The notes beneath the pieces are model-generated. The model did no database searches. It was not told the DNA's origin and was given only the letters and a program-made list of their open reading frames with translations. A stretch of DNA of 62,654 bases, the filler included, from Diploschistes diacapsis (Eukaryota), in NCBI GenBank assembly GCA_023645945.1. It is 4 parts of 4 records of this genome, joined end to end, with 100 filler letters (N's around TTAATTAATTAA, not from the genome) between each part and the next. Parts side by side here need not be neighbours in the genome. Positions count along the whole stretch, not along the records: positions 15,753 to 31,369 come from JALAIB010000544.1; positions 31,470 to 47,016 come from JALAIB010000546.1; 2 more parts are not named here. One strand, written 5' to 3'. Below, in pieces: positions 22,716 through 33,548 of the stretch. Within the stretch, counting starts at the first letter, position 1, and each line of letters opens with the position of its first letter. The position numbers and the translations under genes were made by a program.

Positions 22716-23444
22716 TCAGCTGATAGGCTCCGAAACGCCATTGCTCCTATAGACTCCCGCCCCTGTCTTGATGCTGACGCCCACACCGACTGCCACCACA
22801 ACGCCAACAACAAGCAGCACAATAAGTGCCTGCGCCCACCTCCTTTGTTTTTTTCCCAGGTTCCGCAGCGGCCAGCAACCCCTCCTGCGCTTCATCTCCT
22901 TTCTCTTGAGCCGAAAGTGCTCCTTGCCCGGCCACGCCGTGCATGGTTTCCTTGCTTCCCCACTCAACGCACCGACCGTCACGGAGCTTGGGGCACAGGT
23001 CGACGGATCCAATGACGGCCGCGGGTAGCAGGGCGGCGGGGACAGATGAAGCTTCTCCCCGAGTTCGAGGTCGACGGCCGAGGATGAGGGGTCGGCCCTT
23101 TTGGCGTAGGCCGGAAGAGGGCTCGTTTGAGTGCTTTCGGGTTGCTGCTGGCCGGAGTAATGAGAAAGGTGGGAGGTCGACTGCCGAAGCTGTTCGAGGG
23201 AGGTGCGGGTCTGTGGATGGGAATAGAAGGCGGAGAAGGGGTTGTGAGTGTTTGAGGACGGGTCGTAGTCGGGTGTTGTCGGACTGTTTGGGTAAAGGGT
23301 TGACAGATAGGTTTCTCTTGCCGTCGTTGGAAGGAGGGTGAGGGATTGACGTGTCGGAGTTTGGGGGCTGTCGGTAGCGGGCCCAAGGAGTGAGGAGCGG
23401 TCGACAGAGACGCTGAGCTCCTTCTCGTTGGGAACGTGAGCCAT
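22716..23444 (-). CDS. Fungal hypothetical protein with S/P-rich N-terminus and a single C-terminal TM helix
   Basis: ORF from MAHVPNEKEL; NPFSAFYSHP, CTAWPG, basic stretch followed by ALIVLLVVGVVVAVGVGVS. Confidence 0.7.
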   Translation of the reverse strand: MAHVPNEKELSVSVDRSSLLGPATDSPQTPTRQSLTLLPTTARETYLSTLYPNSPTTPDYDPSSNTHNPFSAFYSHPQTRTSLEQLRQSTSHLSHYSGQQQPESTQTSPLPAYAKRADPSSSAVDLELGEKLHLSPPPCYPRPSLDPSTCAPSSVTVGALSGEARKPCTAWPGKEHFRLKRKEMKRRRGCWPLRNLGKKQRRWAQALIVLLVVGVVVAVGVGVSIKTGAGVYRSNGVSEPIS

Positions 23445-24720
23445 TGTGTAGTCTGGAGCCAACAAGAGAATCAGATGGAGCTGAACGAGGGATGAAAAGT
23501 TGAGTACTGGGCTCAGGCAGCTGTCCTCGACGCAATCAAGGTTGAGGCGATGCGCATAAAGATTAGTTATATGAGCGTGCAAGTCTGGTCTTGTCGTTTC
23601 ATGAGTGGCCCAATTAGTGTACCAAGCTTGTGATGATGGTGATAATCATGAATTTGTTACAAAGTTGAAGTTTAAACAAGAAGTGAAGCTCGATCTATAC
23701 AAGCGAGTGGATGGCCAGGCAAACCCTCAGCAGGAGGCGGGTGGTGGTGGTGGTGGTGGAAGGAAAGCACGTTCAGCAGCTTTGGTCCATGGGTGGCGAA
23801 CAGGGAGGACTCAACAACCACTGAAAGGGTGGGTCTTTTTTCCACCTGAGGTTCAAAATGGAGGAGGACACAGGAATAATGAGAAATGTGAAGTGTATTT
23901 CATGTTTGGTATCTAAGTATCAAAGGATAAACTAGGAATACAGGTACTAGAAGGTGTATGGATCCTGGACTCCCCAAACGGGGAGTATAAAATTGCTAGG
24001 ACGGGGGGATATTGGCTCTAGTTTCTACCACAGCGCACAAATCTTAAATTCCAACTGCAACCTTTCTTATCATGAAGGTAGGTATCTTCGTATTTCAAGA
24101 AGTTCGCAGGTGCTAGCTTCGATCTCGCTCTCCTTCTCTACATTAAATACGGAGGAACCATTAAACTTCCCATCATAACTTGCCCGTGAGACATGAGACA
24201 TGGCTTAGCCAGCGGTAACCTGCATCATCGACCCTGCACTCTGGAGCTCTAGCGTGCTCGGCTCTCTTGTACGAGTGGACGGGAAAGGAAGCCCTCTCTC
24301 ATTTTTCCGCAACCCAGGCAGGCCTTCAACCCCTTACGCGTACGTACGCTGCAGTTGCTGCAAGCGACATTCGAGAGCTACCAGATCCTGGTAGACGGTA
24401 ATGTGTCAACTCTTCTTCACATGCAAAGTCGTTGAAAAGGAAATCCCCCTCTTCTTTTTTCCGTCTTAGGGGTATTCCGTCCGAGTCGCTTGCAGACGTT
24501 AGGTTAGGCGTATACAGGTATAATCTTTGAAAGGAATCCAAAGATTGGGCAACTATTGGGACGGGTATCAAAAAAGAACCAATAATTAACATTTGATTCT
24601 GTGTGGCTTGTGTGTGGCTTGACATATTAAATTATTGCTACCCAAAAGATAGCGAGCAGTACCAAGGATTTTCAAAAGGGGGGGGGAATCAGACCTTTTT
24701 GTACCGAAAAAACACAAAAA

Positions 24721-24818
24721 TGATGGAGATGGGACTCGAACCCATGCGCGTTTCCGCATCAGGATGCAATGCTAAGGTAACCTTAACCTGACCCCATAAC
24801 CAACTCGGGCACTCCACC
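24721..24818 (-). tRNA. tRNA-Leu(AAG) with a 16-nt intron
   Basis: Acceptor GGTGGAG/CTCCATC+A, anticodon arm TCAGG-TT AAG G-[TTACCTTAGCATTGCA]-T-CCTGA, long variable arm GCG-GAAA-CGC, T-arm ATGGG-TTCGAGT-CCCAT. T-runs (Pol III terminator) follow at 24720-24707. Confidence 0.93.
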
Positions 24819-25369
24819 TTGATATCAAAAACTGCTTTTAATTACTTATATATACCTGCATGGGTATTTGCATAAGATCCTGCGCCAGAGAACCTACGGA
24901 GAATGGCGCTAGAATCATCATAGGCTACTCGGCTGAATGCGACGTTTTGTAGATGTTGCAGGACGCGCCTCCATTTAGACTTAAGGGTAAAGTCTAGAAC
25001 ACCGTGATCGGCGAGCGCGAGCGAGGCTAAGATTTTCTTTTCGCGCCGCAGCCACCGCATATCTTCACGTGCAGGAGCACTAGCAGGGTCACACTTATGC
25101 ACGAGCTATGAGCATGCGAAGGAGTACAATTGATCTACCTACTGTAGGGATAATTAGAAGAGATGTCCTTACGGAGGTACAGCGACTTAATTGTGTAAAA
25201 GATGCAATCACATACCTAACGACACAACTATCGTAGCTTTTGGGTAACCCATGAGAGCAACTCTACCACCGATTGCAAGAAGAACACGCCGTCAAACACA
25301 ACTGACACTGTTCAAATCATTAAAGCTTCGGTTCTTGCAAGGAGCGACGACGAGAAAGAATTCCATCCG

Positions 25370-26403
25370 TCAATGCACCTCCAGTCCACGCATCGGTAGG
25401 CCAATTTGTATACGAAGCTTTTGCCGTAGAGCTGCTACCTCTGCCGCGCTGAAGTTGGGGGCAGCGCCACCAGAACCTCGTTGTCTTGCTGCTTTTCCAA
25501 CGTCCCTCCACAGCTTGCCGAATGGATCCAAAAGTAGGCTGGGTTCATCGCCCGTTTTGTCCTCGTCAATATCGATACTTTGTTGTCCGAGGCTTTTAAG
25601 GATACTGCGTATTGTCGGAGCTGCTTTGCTCTGAGCCACTTCCAATTGGCAATGTAGCCCGCACTCACCTTCTAGCCTCTCAAGCTCAAGAGGCGTTCTA
25701 GGAAAGTCGACAACTGGAGTCCCGTTTATTACACTTTTCAATGGCGTGATGAGCTCCGCTTTGCTCTTGATGAAGCTGTTTTGGATACGTGCTGTGGCAT
25801 TCTCTAATCTTCCTTATCCATCAGCTTACGATACAAAAGGAATGATGGGAAAGTATACTCGTATCTGGAGCGGTGTTGGAGTTCACACAATTGCCGCCTC
25901 AAAGCCTCCTGATCTTGTGTAATTTGCTCGTACTTGAACTCAACTGTCCGCTGGTTGACCGCTGAAGAGGCTGCCTCACTACTTGTAAGATGCTGTGGCA
26001 TAGACATATTGACGCGTTCCTCATAGGTCACTCTCTGCACTGGCATGTCCTCCTCTTCCTTGTGTGTCCCTGCATGAGAGCTAATGCCCTCCAATCTCCT
26101 CTGAATGCTATCAAAGCGTTGCGCAATAGCATCCTGACGTCGTTTGGTAACAGAAAAGAAGTACGAGTGCTTGCTATAGTTCCGGGCAACACCCAACAGC
26201 TCTTTTTCCAGTTTCTCCTGACGGTGATTCACAGCCTCGATCTCGTCTACAAGATCTGCAACTTGGTCATTGACTTGCGCTTGGAGACCATCCAGATGCG
26301 TCCAAAGCTCTGCCACTTGCGACTCGAGCACTTGAGAGGAACTGTGTTCTCTACCACCATTTCCTGTTTTGTGCTGATCGGTGTGAAAGTAAGAGGAACT
26401 CAT
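25370..26403 (-). CDS. Orphan coiled-coil protein with Mug135-C/Tdk1-like C-terminal domain; predicted exons 26403-25859, 25808-25669, 25620-25370
   Basis: Heptad-rich N-terminal half. The predicted spliced C-terminus reads ENATARIQNS..LITPLKSVINGTPVVDFPRTPLELERLEAPTIRSILKSLG...LRQKLRIQIGL. Donors GTATAC (25858) and GTGAGT (25668). Domain identity is from motif memory only. Confidence 0.55.
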
Positions 26404-28045
26404 TGTATTCCGAAAAACAGTCAAGTTGTCGTTGGGCGTGAACGAAAGGAAGAATGAAGGGAGATGGTGAACAGTCCAGAGAAATTGAACGATATAGGGT
26501 ACGTAAGGACATAGAAAACAAGTGTAGGTTCTTAGTAGTAATGGTATATGTCGACCTGTTATTTATCGTTATGATTGTAATGTCAAATCTGGTGCTTTCA
26601 TGCTCTTTCTTTTCTTATGACGAAGACCTATCTACCTTACTGTTGTCGGTCCTTCTCTTGTGCATCCATATCAAGTATTTATACTTATGAAAGGATCTTA
26701 GGCAACGACGGATAGGGACCCTGCAGGCTTAGAAACTGAAACAAACAGAATAACCCAGCTTTGTACCTAGCTGAACTGGATCATCATTCGGACAATTCCA
26801 AGCTGAATGTCTACAGCTCTGAGACCATGGTCATAGAAATAAGAGTCTAGCAGTGCAGAAGCCCAGTATCAGAACGCAAGCTAATAGGGCCGGAGCTGTT
26901 TGTCTTGAAGAGAGCCAGGAGGGCTTCAAGTGAATAGAGCAGATTTTCAAGCGACATTTTCACCGAACCTCTTTTACATAGTAAAAATAGGTAAGTGGTA
27001 ACTTTCCATAGACATTCATAAAGAGTAGGACTTGCTGCTTTGTTTGACATTAAGAAAGTAAGTATTGACATATCTATTCAAAGTTCTAAAAGCTCCTGGC
27101 TTAAGCGAGTGGTCAATAACGCGTTCTACCAAAGGAGCCTAGCGCATTCACGCAGCTTTAAATTCCTTCAACGACACTTCTCATTTCTCTTTTCTTCTTT
27201 ATCAAAAAGCCACGGAATCTGCCACGACCCATGCTCAGATCTGCTACAGCGTGAGGTTGCCGTGCTCTTCTGTCACAAGAAGAGTCAAGGGTTCTGGAGA
27301 TGAGAACATTCCCAGATAGGAAGTTTCCATCCCGTTGGGTTCCCTTAGGTGGGAGCGATGGGTTGGGAATGTCGATGAAGGGTTCACATATTCCAACACA
27401 GGAGATCAATGACGGTTCGCATACTAGACTTAAGTGCCTATGCAGCTACAGAATACCATTGATAGACTAGCTAAGATGGGCAAGCAGATTAAAAGGGTGG
27501 TCCCGGTTACTCTCGTCACGATGAGCACTTCAGGCTCATGTGATGGTTTTCTTTGTTTTAAAAATATGCCACTGCTCTAGAATAGAAGCACCCTGATCAG
27601 ATCCAGCGCTCTTGTTACCGCTGTTGTAACAATGGTTTCGAGACTTTTGACGCAAATACTAGACCTGACTCGTGTTCCTTCGCCGCTTCCACTCCGAGAG
27701 CTTTGCCCTTTCAGAAGAAATGAGTTCATTCTACTGCATTCCTCATCTATTGGCGACTTGGTGTTGATGTTTATGCTGTTTGCGATGATATCCAGGCGAG
27801 AGCATTTTCCCCAATGGAATGTTGGCGAAAATGAGCAAAACATTTCTTCCAGCCCCATTATAAGACTGTTTCCAGATGCAGACCAACCTTTTCTCCGCGT
27901 TGGCTCCTTGTCTGTTCTCTGCATTTAGCAATCAGTCTTTCGTTAAAGTCACTCTTTTGAATCTGCTTTTAAACTCTCTCGGCTTGACTCGACGATTTCT
28001 ACATACTAACGCTGCAGAAATCTAATCCCTTGTCGAATCATCGCT

Positions 28046-28906
28046 ATGAAGACCTTCAGCGCTCTTTTGGCCGCGTCGGCCATCACCACTGCCATAGCTC
28101 AGACATCCAGCGTCCTCGATCCGAACGATGCTGCACCTACTACGCTCCCTGGCGACGACGCCACCCAAGGAAGTGATGGTTTGTGGACTGTTACGGAGTA
28201 CACCAACGATTGCTCGACTCTATCCGGCTCTGAGCTCGGCGCAGGCTCTTACAGTGGAACTGTTGTCAACACGTTAACCGATACACTTCCATGTAGCGAG
28301 TGTGAGCAGGAACAAACTACATCGCAACCGGGCATTTGGACGACATACACCACTGCCTACGTTGAGACGTGCTCGACTGGCGAGACCATGAAGACATACA
28401 CCATCACTGAGAGTTGCTCGGAGGAGAACCAACCGCGTCCCTCAAGCTACGTTCCTTCGGGCTTCACGGTCACAACGGTCAGCTGCGATGTTTGCGAGCA
28501 CCCAACCGTGACCCTCACCACACCTTGCGAAGAAACCGAAACGCCAAAGGGAACACCAGCTGCTGCCCCTTCGACACCAAGCGCTGCACCTGCTGCACCA
28601 GCCACAACTGCACCACCTCAAGCAGGGCCTACAGCTCCAGCTGCCCCTCTAGCTGCTTCTCCCGCCGCCCCTGCATCGGCTCCCCCATCCGCAGAAAGCG
28701 CATCGGCCGCCGCGCCCCCGGCAAGCGCCCCCGCCCCAAGCGCTCATGGCTACGTTGCAGTCAACACTTCCACTGTAGTCTGCCCAGACTGTGCACCAAA
28801 CGCAACCTCATCCCCTATCGCCATTGCCAAGGCCTCTACAAGCTCTCTCAGTTGTGTTATGGTTGCGATGTGGGCAGTTGTTGCCGGACTTTGTGTCGCT
28901 CTATAA
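28046..28906 (+). CDS. Secreted Ser/Thr/Cys- and Ala/Pro-rich cell-wall protein, probably GPI-anchored
   Basis: Signal peptide MKTFSALLAASAITTAIA, TTYTTAYVETCSTG and VPSGFTVTTVSCDVC wall-protein repeats, AP-rich linker, hydrophobic C-terminus. Confidence 0.8.
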   Translation: MKTFSALLAASAITTAIAQTSSVLDPNDAAPTTLPGDDATQGSDGLWTVTEYTNDCSTLSGSELGAGSYSGTVVNTLTDTLPCSECEQEQTTSQPGIWTTYTTAYVETCSTGETMKTYTITESCSEENQPRPSSYVPSGFTVTTVSCDVCEHPTVTLTTPCEETETPKGTPAAAPSTPSAAPAAPATTAPPQAGPTAPAAPLAASPAAPASAPPSAESASAAAPPASAPAPSAHGYVAVNTSTVVCPDCAPNATSSPIAIAKASTSSLSCVMVAMWAVVAGLCVAL

Positions 28907-29471
28907 TCGTGAATGATCTAGTCGTGCTCAGCTTGTGCCTAGGCATGCTATAACCTTGGCAAATGCCGATGTGCGCTAATCATACCCAGAGTTGCAGGAT
29001 TAGATGTTTTAGTGATGGTAATTCAAGTTGGAAATTTTTGTATATGTATTCTGTACTGGGGGCTTAATAGGGATTTCCAATATGATTTACAATGTCGAGT
29101 CATTCAGCATCTGACTACGAGAACTCGCTACAGCCACTGCGTTGACTACCAAAACAACGTGCTACAAATGCCTCTTTCTCTACGAACACAGCTTTCATTG
29201 TCTCCAGTCTTGTTACTTTGTTGCCTTGTCCTTGTTCCTCCTTGTTCATAAAGTCTTTCATTGTGTGCTTCCACAAATATACCTCTCCTGCATGCCTGCG
29301 AGTCCTCAAGGCTCCTCTTCCCAGGCTACCCTACTTGTCCACACTTTCAACTCTCTTCCCAGCCAAGCCGAAGCTCTGGAAGCTCGTGCCTATCGGTAGG
29401 CCCTTGGTTGTAGTACGTCCTTTCCCCAAAAAAAAAAAAAAAACCCCCCCCCAACACCCAAAACCACAAAG

Positions 29472-31369
29472 ATGCCTTCCAAGCCCACGAAGGGCTTCCA
29501 CTCTGTTGCAGATGTGCACAAGGGCAAGGAACGGAATGCTGCGCCTTCACGAAAAGCTAACCCTTCGTCCAGCAAAAGTAGCGAACAGCCCAAGAAGGCC
29601 AAGAAAGGCTTCCTCGCCGGATTGTTTGGCGGTCCATCCGAGCCGAGCAAACCCAAGCCTAATCGCGGTCCACTTAGCGAGAACAAGCACTTGATCTCCT
29701 TGCCCAAGGGTCCGGCAGACCTCGCCGACAGCGTTCCCCTGAACGATCTCAGGAAGCCACCCAAGGCGGCCAACGGCAAGACAGCCGACAAGGCTGCCAT
29801 GCAAGTCAAGACCAAAGGCAAGCGAGCCGTCAAGCAAGCCGCGCCCAACGTCGAGTCCCAGTACGGCTCCGTCAACAACGTCAACGACCCCAACCGCCCC
29901 GTCACCCGCTGGCCCGCCGTCGCGGCAGGAGGGCCCGCGCCGCCGGTGCCTCAGCCTTCCGAGGCTCCTCCTCCGCGTCCCCGCCGCCCGGACGAGCCTC
30001 GGCCTCCTCTCGGCCTGCGTACGGATGCGCCAGGAGCCCGGGACGGAGGCTGCCGCGTCTGCCACAAGCGGGCGCCGGACGCCAACGGGCTGTGCACGAC
30101 TTGCAACTCGCTTGGCTTCGTCGCGGAGCCTGGGTCCAGCCACAGAGCCTCGCCGCCACCGACGGTAGAACGCGGCCACGGCTCCGCCTCTGCCGAGCGG
30201 GTCCGCATCTCCCCGGACGCGATCCACCCGGCCGTGCGCGACTTGGACCTGCGCGACCTCATGCAGACCTCCACCGCCGCGCCCACGCGCAGCATCCAGC
30301 TCGCCACCAGCCACGCATACACGGGCATGTACACGCACCCGCGCGACGACCCGCGTTGGCACAAGGCTGCAGACGTCATGAACGCCGCCGCCGCCGCCGC
30401 CGCCGCCACCGGCTCCTCGAAGCAGCCCGGCAAGTCCCCGCCGTCCCCGAACAGCAAAGCAGCTGCCTCCAGCAAGCTGCCGCCCGCCAACGGCCGGCGC
30501 CTGCCGCCGGCGGACCCGAGCCACTCGGCCGGCCAAAAGCGCCCGAAGCACAAGGAAGGGAACTGCTTCCGCGGCCACGCCGACGGCTCGCGCACGAGCC
30601 AGGCCCACGGCTACGTGTTGCCGCCGATGCATGCGGAGCGGTACGGCGGCAAGAAGGAGCGCGAGCGCAGGGAGCGGCAGCGGGAGGAACAAGAGGCGGC
30701 CGCCGTCGCGCCGCTCCTCCCCTCCTCCTCCTCCTGCTCCTGCTCCTCCTGCTGCCACGGCTCCCCGGCCTCCACCTCCGCTTCGTTCGCCTGGTCCGCC
30801 GCCTCGGCCGCCAATTCCTCCTCCTCCCCCTCCTCCTCTTCCGCCTCGTGCACCGCGCGCACCCCCTCGCCCGCCAAGACCTCGCGCCGCGTCGAGTCCG
30901 TCTGGGAGCCGGACCTGCCGCCGGACGCCGACGCTCCGAACGCCGCGGCCGAGCCGGCGCGCCGCGGGGCGCGCAGCTCCAGCGTGTACAGCCGCGACAC
31001 GCGCGGCGACCTGGCCGCGCTGGCCGCGCTGCCCGGCACGCCGGCGTGGGACGACTGGGAGCGCGGCCGCGGCTGGGCCGAGGAGCTGGCCAGCGCGCTG
31101 GGCTCGCCCGCACCGGGGTCCACGCCCGCTGGCCTGGCCGTCCGTGCGCCCCCCGTGCCCGAGGTGCCGGGTCTGTATGCCGATTGTGTGCGCGGTGCGG
31201 GGAGGAGGGTGCATGTGCAGGGGGAGAAGAGGGAGGAGAAGGAGGAGGAGGAGAAGAAGAAGAAGGAGAAGAAGAAGAAGAAGAAGGAGACGAAGAAGAA
31301 GAAGAAGACGGCGAAAGGTTGCAAAAAGGGAGCTAGAGATGGAGGAGGCAGTACCCCAAACACCAGAAG
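29472..31369 (+). CDS. Low-complexity, very GC-rich hypothetical protein, truncated at contig end
   Basis: Long ORF from MPSKPTKG with a CxxC..CxxC motif (CRVC..CTTC) and SSVYSRD. The 3' part contains GAA/GAG repeats and may be misassembled. Confidence 0.5.
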
Positions 31370-31469
31370 NNNNNNNNNNNNNNNNNNNNNNNNNNNNNNN
31401 NNNNNNNNNNNNNTTAATTAATTAANNNNNNNNNNNNNNNNNNNNNNNNNNNNNNNNNNNNNNNNNNNN
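31370..31469. other. Artificial contig linker N44-TTAATTAATTAA-N44
   Basis: Same 100-nt spacer. Confidence 0.97.
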
Positions 31470-32080
31470 ATATTTATTCTACTGTTTTTTTTGAAATTAT
31501 TAAAGCTATAACGGAAGTAATTACGTTGTAAAGATCGAGAACGTACCGCTGCCGCGATTTTTGGCGGCAGCGGTACACTTCAAAAGTTTATCGTGTTATT
31601 AATCACTCTATATCGCACGGAATTTTTTTAAAAGAATTTATATATATTGAGCGTAGTTTTAAATGTCTTTTATAATCTTTTCAATTCCTAAAACCTTTAA
31701 TTGATGAGCTGGGAGCTTCCTGAAATGCGAAAATTTTGGTGTGTTTTGGTGGAGGGACCATTACTTTTGGGACGTGACTGTATAATTCTATATGATTTAC
31801 ATACATTTTGAGGTACCGCGGGTGCGCGGGAGCCACCTGCCCTATTAGGCTTAAAGAGGTAAAAAAAATTAATTTCCGTCAGAATAACTGCGCCCGCAGT
31901 TAGGGGCAGATGTATACCGTTGTACCCTGCAGGCTTATATAGAATATTGCCCCAAGTAACCGAACGGCCCCGTAGCACTTTTTAAAAAAATGAATACTTA
32001 GAATATATTTATCGAAAAGGAATTCAACGTCGTCAATATAGTAAATTGTTAGGATTAAAAGTTAAATATTTTGCATATGT
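31470..32080. repeat. AT-rich, RIP-like degraded repeat remnant with a GC-rich hairpin
   Basis: Abrupt drop in GC, many TpA, retained CpG; 13-bp inverted repeat 31543-31555 / 31564-31576. Confidence 0.5.
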
Positions 32081-32149
32081 GGTGTTTCTGACCCTTCCCA
32101 TTACCGAAGCATTCAGACTGAACCTTCCTCCGCAGTTAAAGTCATAGCT

Positions 32150-33073
32150 ATGAAATCAGCAGCAGGCGCTTTCTTCACTACTCTTCTAGAGCCTAAGCCG
32201 CTTGTGATTATTCTTACATTGATCGTGGCAGTCACTCTGCCGCTGATTCTCCATGTTGCGCTCTATAGATCATCATCCACGACAAGTTTGCCAAGCTTCC
32301 TCTTGACGGGCCCAAGTGGTGCGGGAAAAACAACTTTGATGCTGCTGGTACGCATCTCATCAGGTTGAGTGAATTTCTTCTGACCATAATATTAGCTTGA
32401 AAGAGGCAAACACGCTGTGACTCACACATCCCAAGTACCGCTTACTGTTGAAGTTTCTTTACCAAGAGGCACGAGGGAAGCTTCGAGCCAATATCGATCC
32501 ACTAATGACCCGTCTCTGCAACTGCACAAGCGGTTTCTAATAGTCGATACGCCGGGTCATGGAAAGCTACGGTATCACGCCAGTGAACAGATTGTTACGT
32601 CCCAAAACCTTCGAGGAATCATGTTTATCGTGGATGCCGCGGATTTGGCCCCCGACAGCAGCGGGCTTCGCGATGCTGCCGAGTATCTACATGATATTCT
32701 TCTAATGCTTCAGAAAAGGCTGACACTGTCCAAAACCTCGAAAGCATCAAGGGCCTTACCAGTCCTTATTACAGCCAACAAGACCGATCTATTTACAGCT
32801 CTGCCAGCGCCAGCGGTGAAGTCGGTGCTCGAAAAGGAGATCAATAGGATTCGTGCGTCACGGGCGAAAGGGCTGCTCGATTCCGGGATTGGCATGAGTT
32901 ATCTATCCTCAGACCCAGAAAAGGACTGGGTAGGAGACGCTGGAAACGGGGATTTCAATTTCATGCAAATGGCAGAGGTGGACGTCCAGGTAAACGTCGT
33001 CGCTGGATCACTTACTGCCTCGCAGCAAACTAACGTTCTACAATCTTGGGAGTGGCTTGCCAGTAATCTCTAA
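32150..33073 (+). CDS. SRP102: Signal recognition particle receptor beta subunit, 2 exons (32150-32347, 32396-33073)
   Basis: N-terminal TM anchor, P-loop GPSGAGKT, THTSQ, DTPGHGKLR, ANKTDLF and KEINRIRASR. Confidence 0.93.
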
Positions 33074-33548
33074 CTACTTGTCCTGTTTTAGTTAGTGGCA
33101 CTCCCTTACATATCATAGCATCGTGTTGGATGCAAAAGAAACTCAGGTAACCGGCTAAGGCAAGCTATTCTCTTTGCTGATTTCAGCCTCGCTGTGAGAA
33201 TCGGCCATTTGCACTCTTAGGCTGCGTTTGGAAATCGGAAGTGATCCGGAGGGCATTGGATTATTCACTTCATCAAAATTCTGCTATCCGCCAAACACGA
33301 GGTATCTGTTGCCGCATAGTGCTTCAGCATACCTACACTTGCAGTTTGTGCCATCGCGAAACGCTTCTGTTTGAGTATTGTGGCTCGACTTTCTATTTTT
33401 TCAGTTTGCATTCTCATTTTGCCCCTAGCTCCGCTGAGATTGTAGCCCAGGCCACGAAATCCTCGCCACAATGGAGCATGCGGGATATACTGAGCGAGGC
33501 GATTGGAGATTGATCTAGCAGAAAAATTCTTGAGTGGGCATGGATAGA

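Noticed and set aside
29547..31363. Long antisense and alternative-frame ORFs (555, 414, 264, 250 aa)
   Set aside because: Expected from extreme GC content; translations are R/G/A/P low-complexity with no motifs.
33071..33090. Stop-codon readthrough giving cryptic peroxisomal tails (TAA CTA after SRP102; also TAA CTG after DGA1)
   Set aside because: Stops are TAA rather than the leaky TGA CTA, and the extensions do not end in a PTS1.
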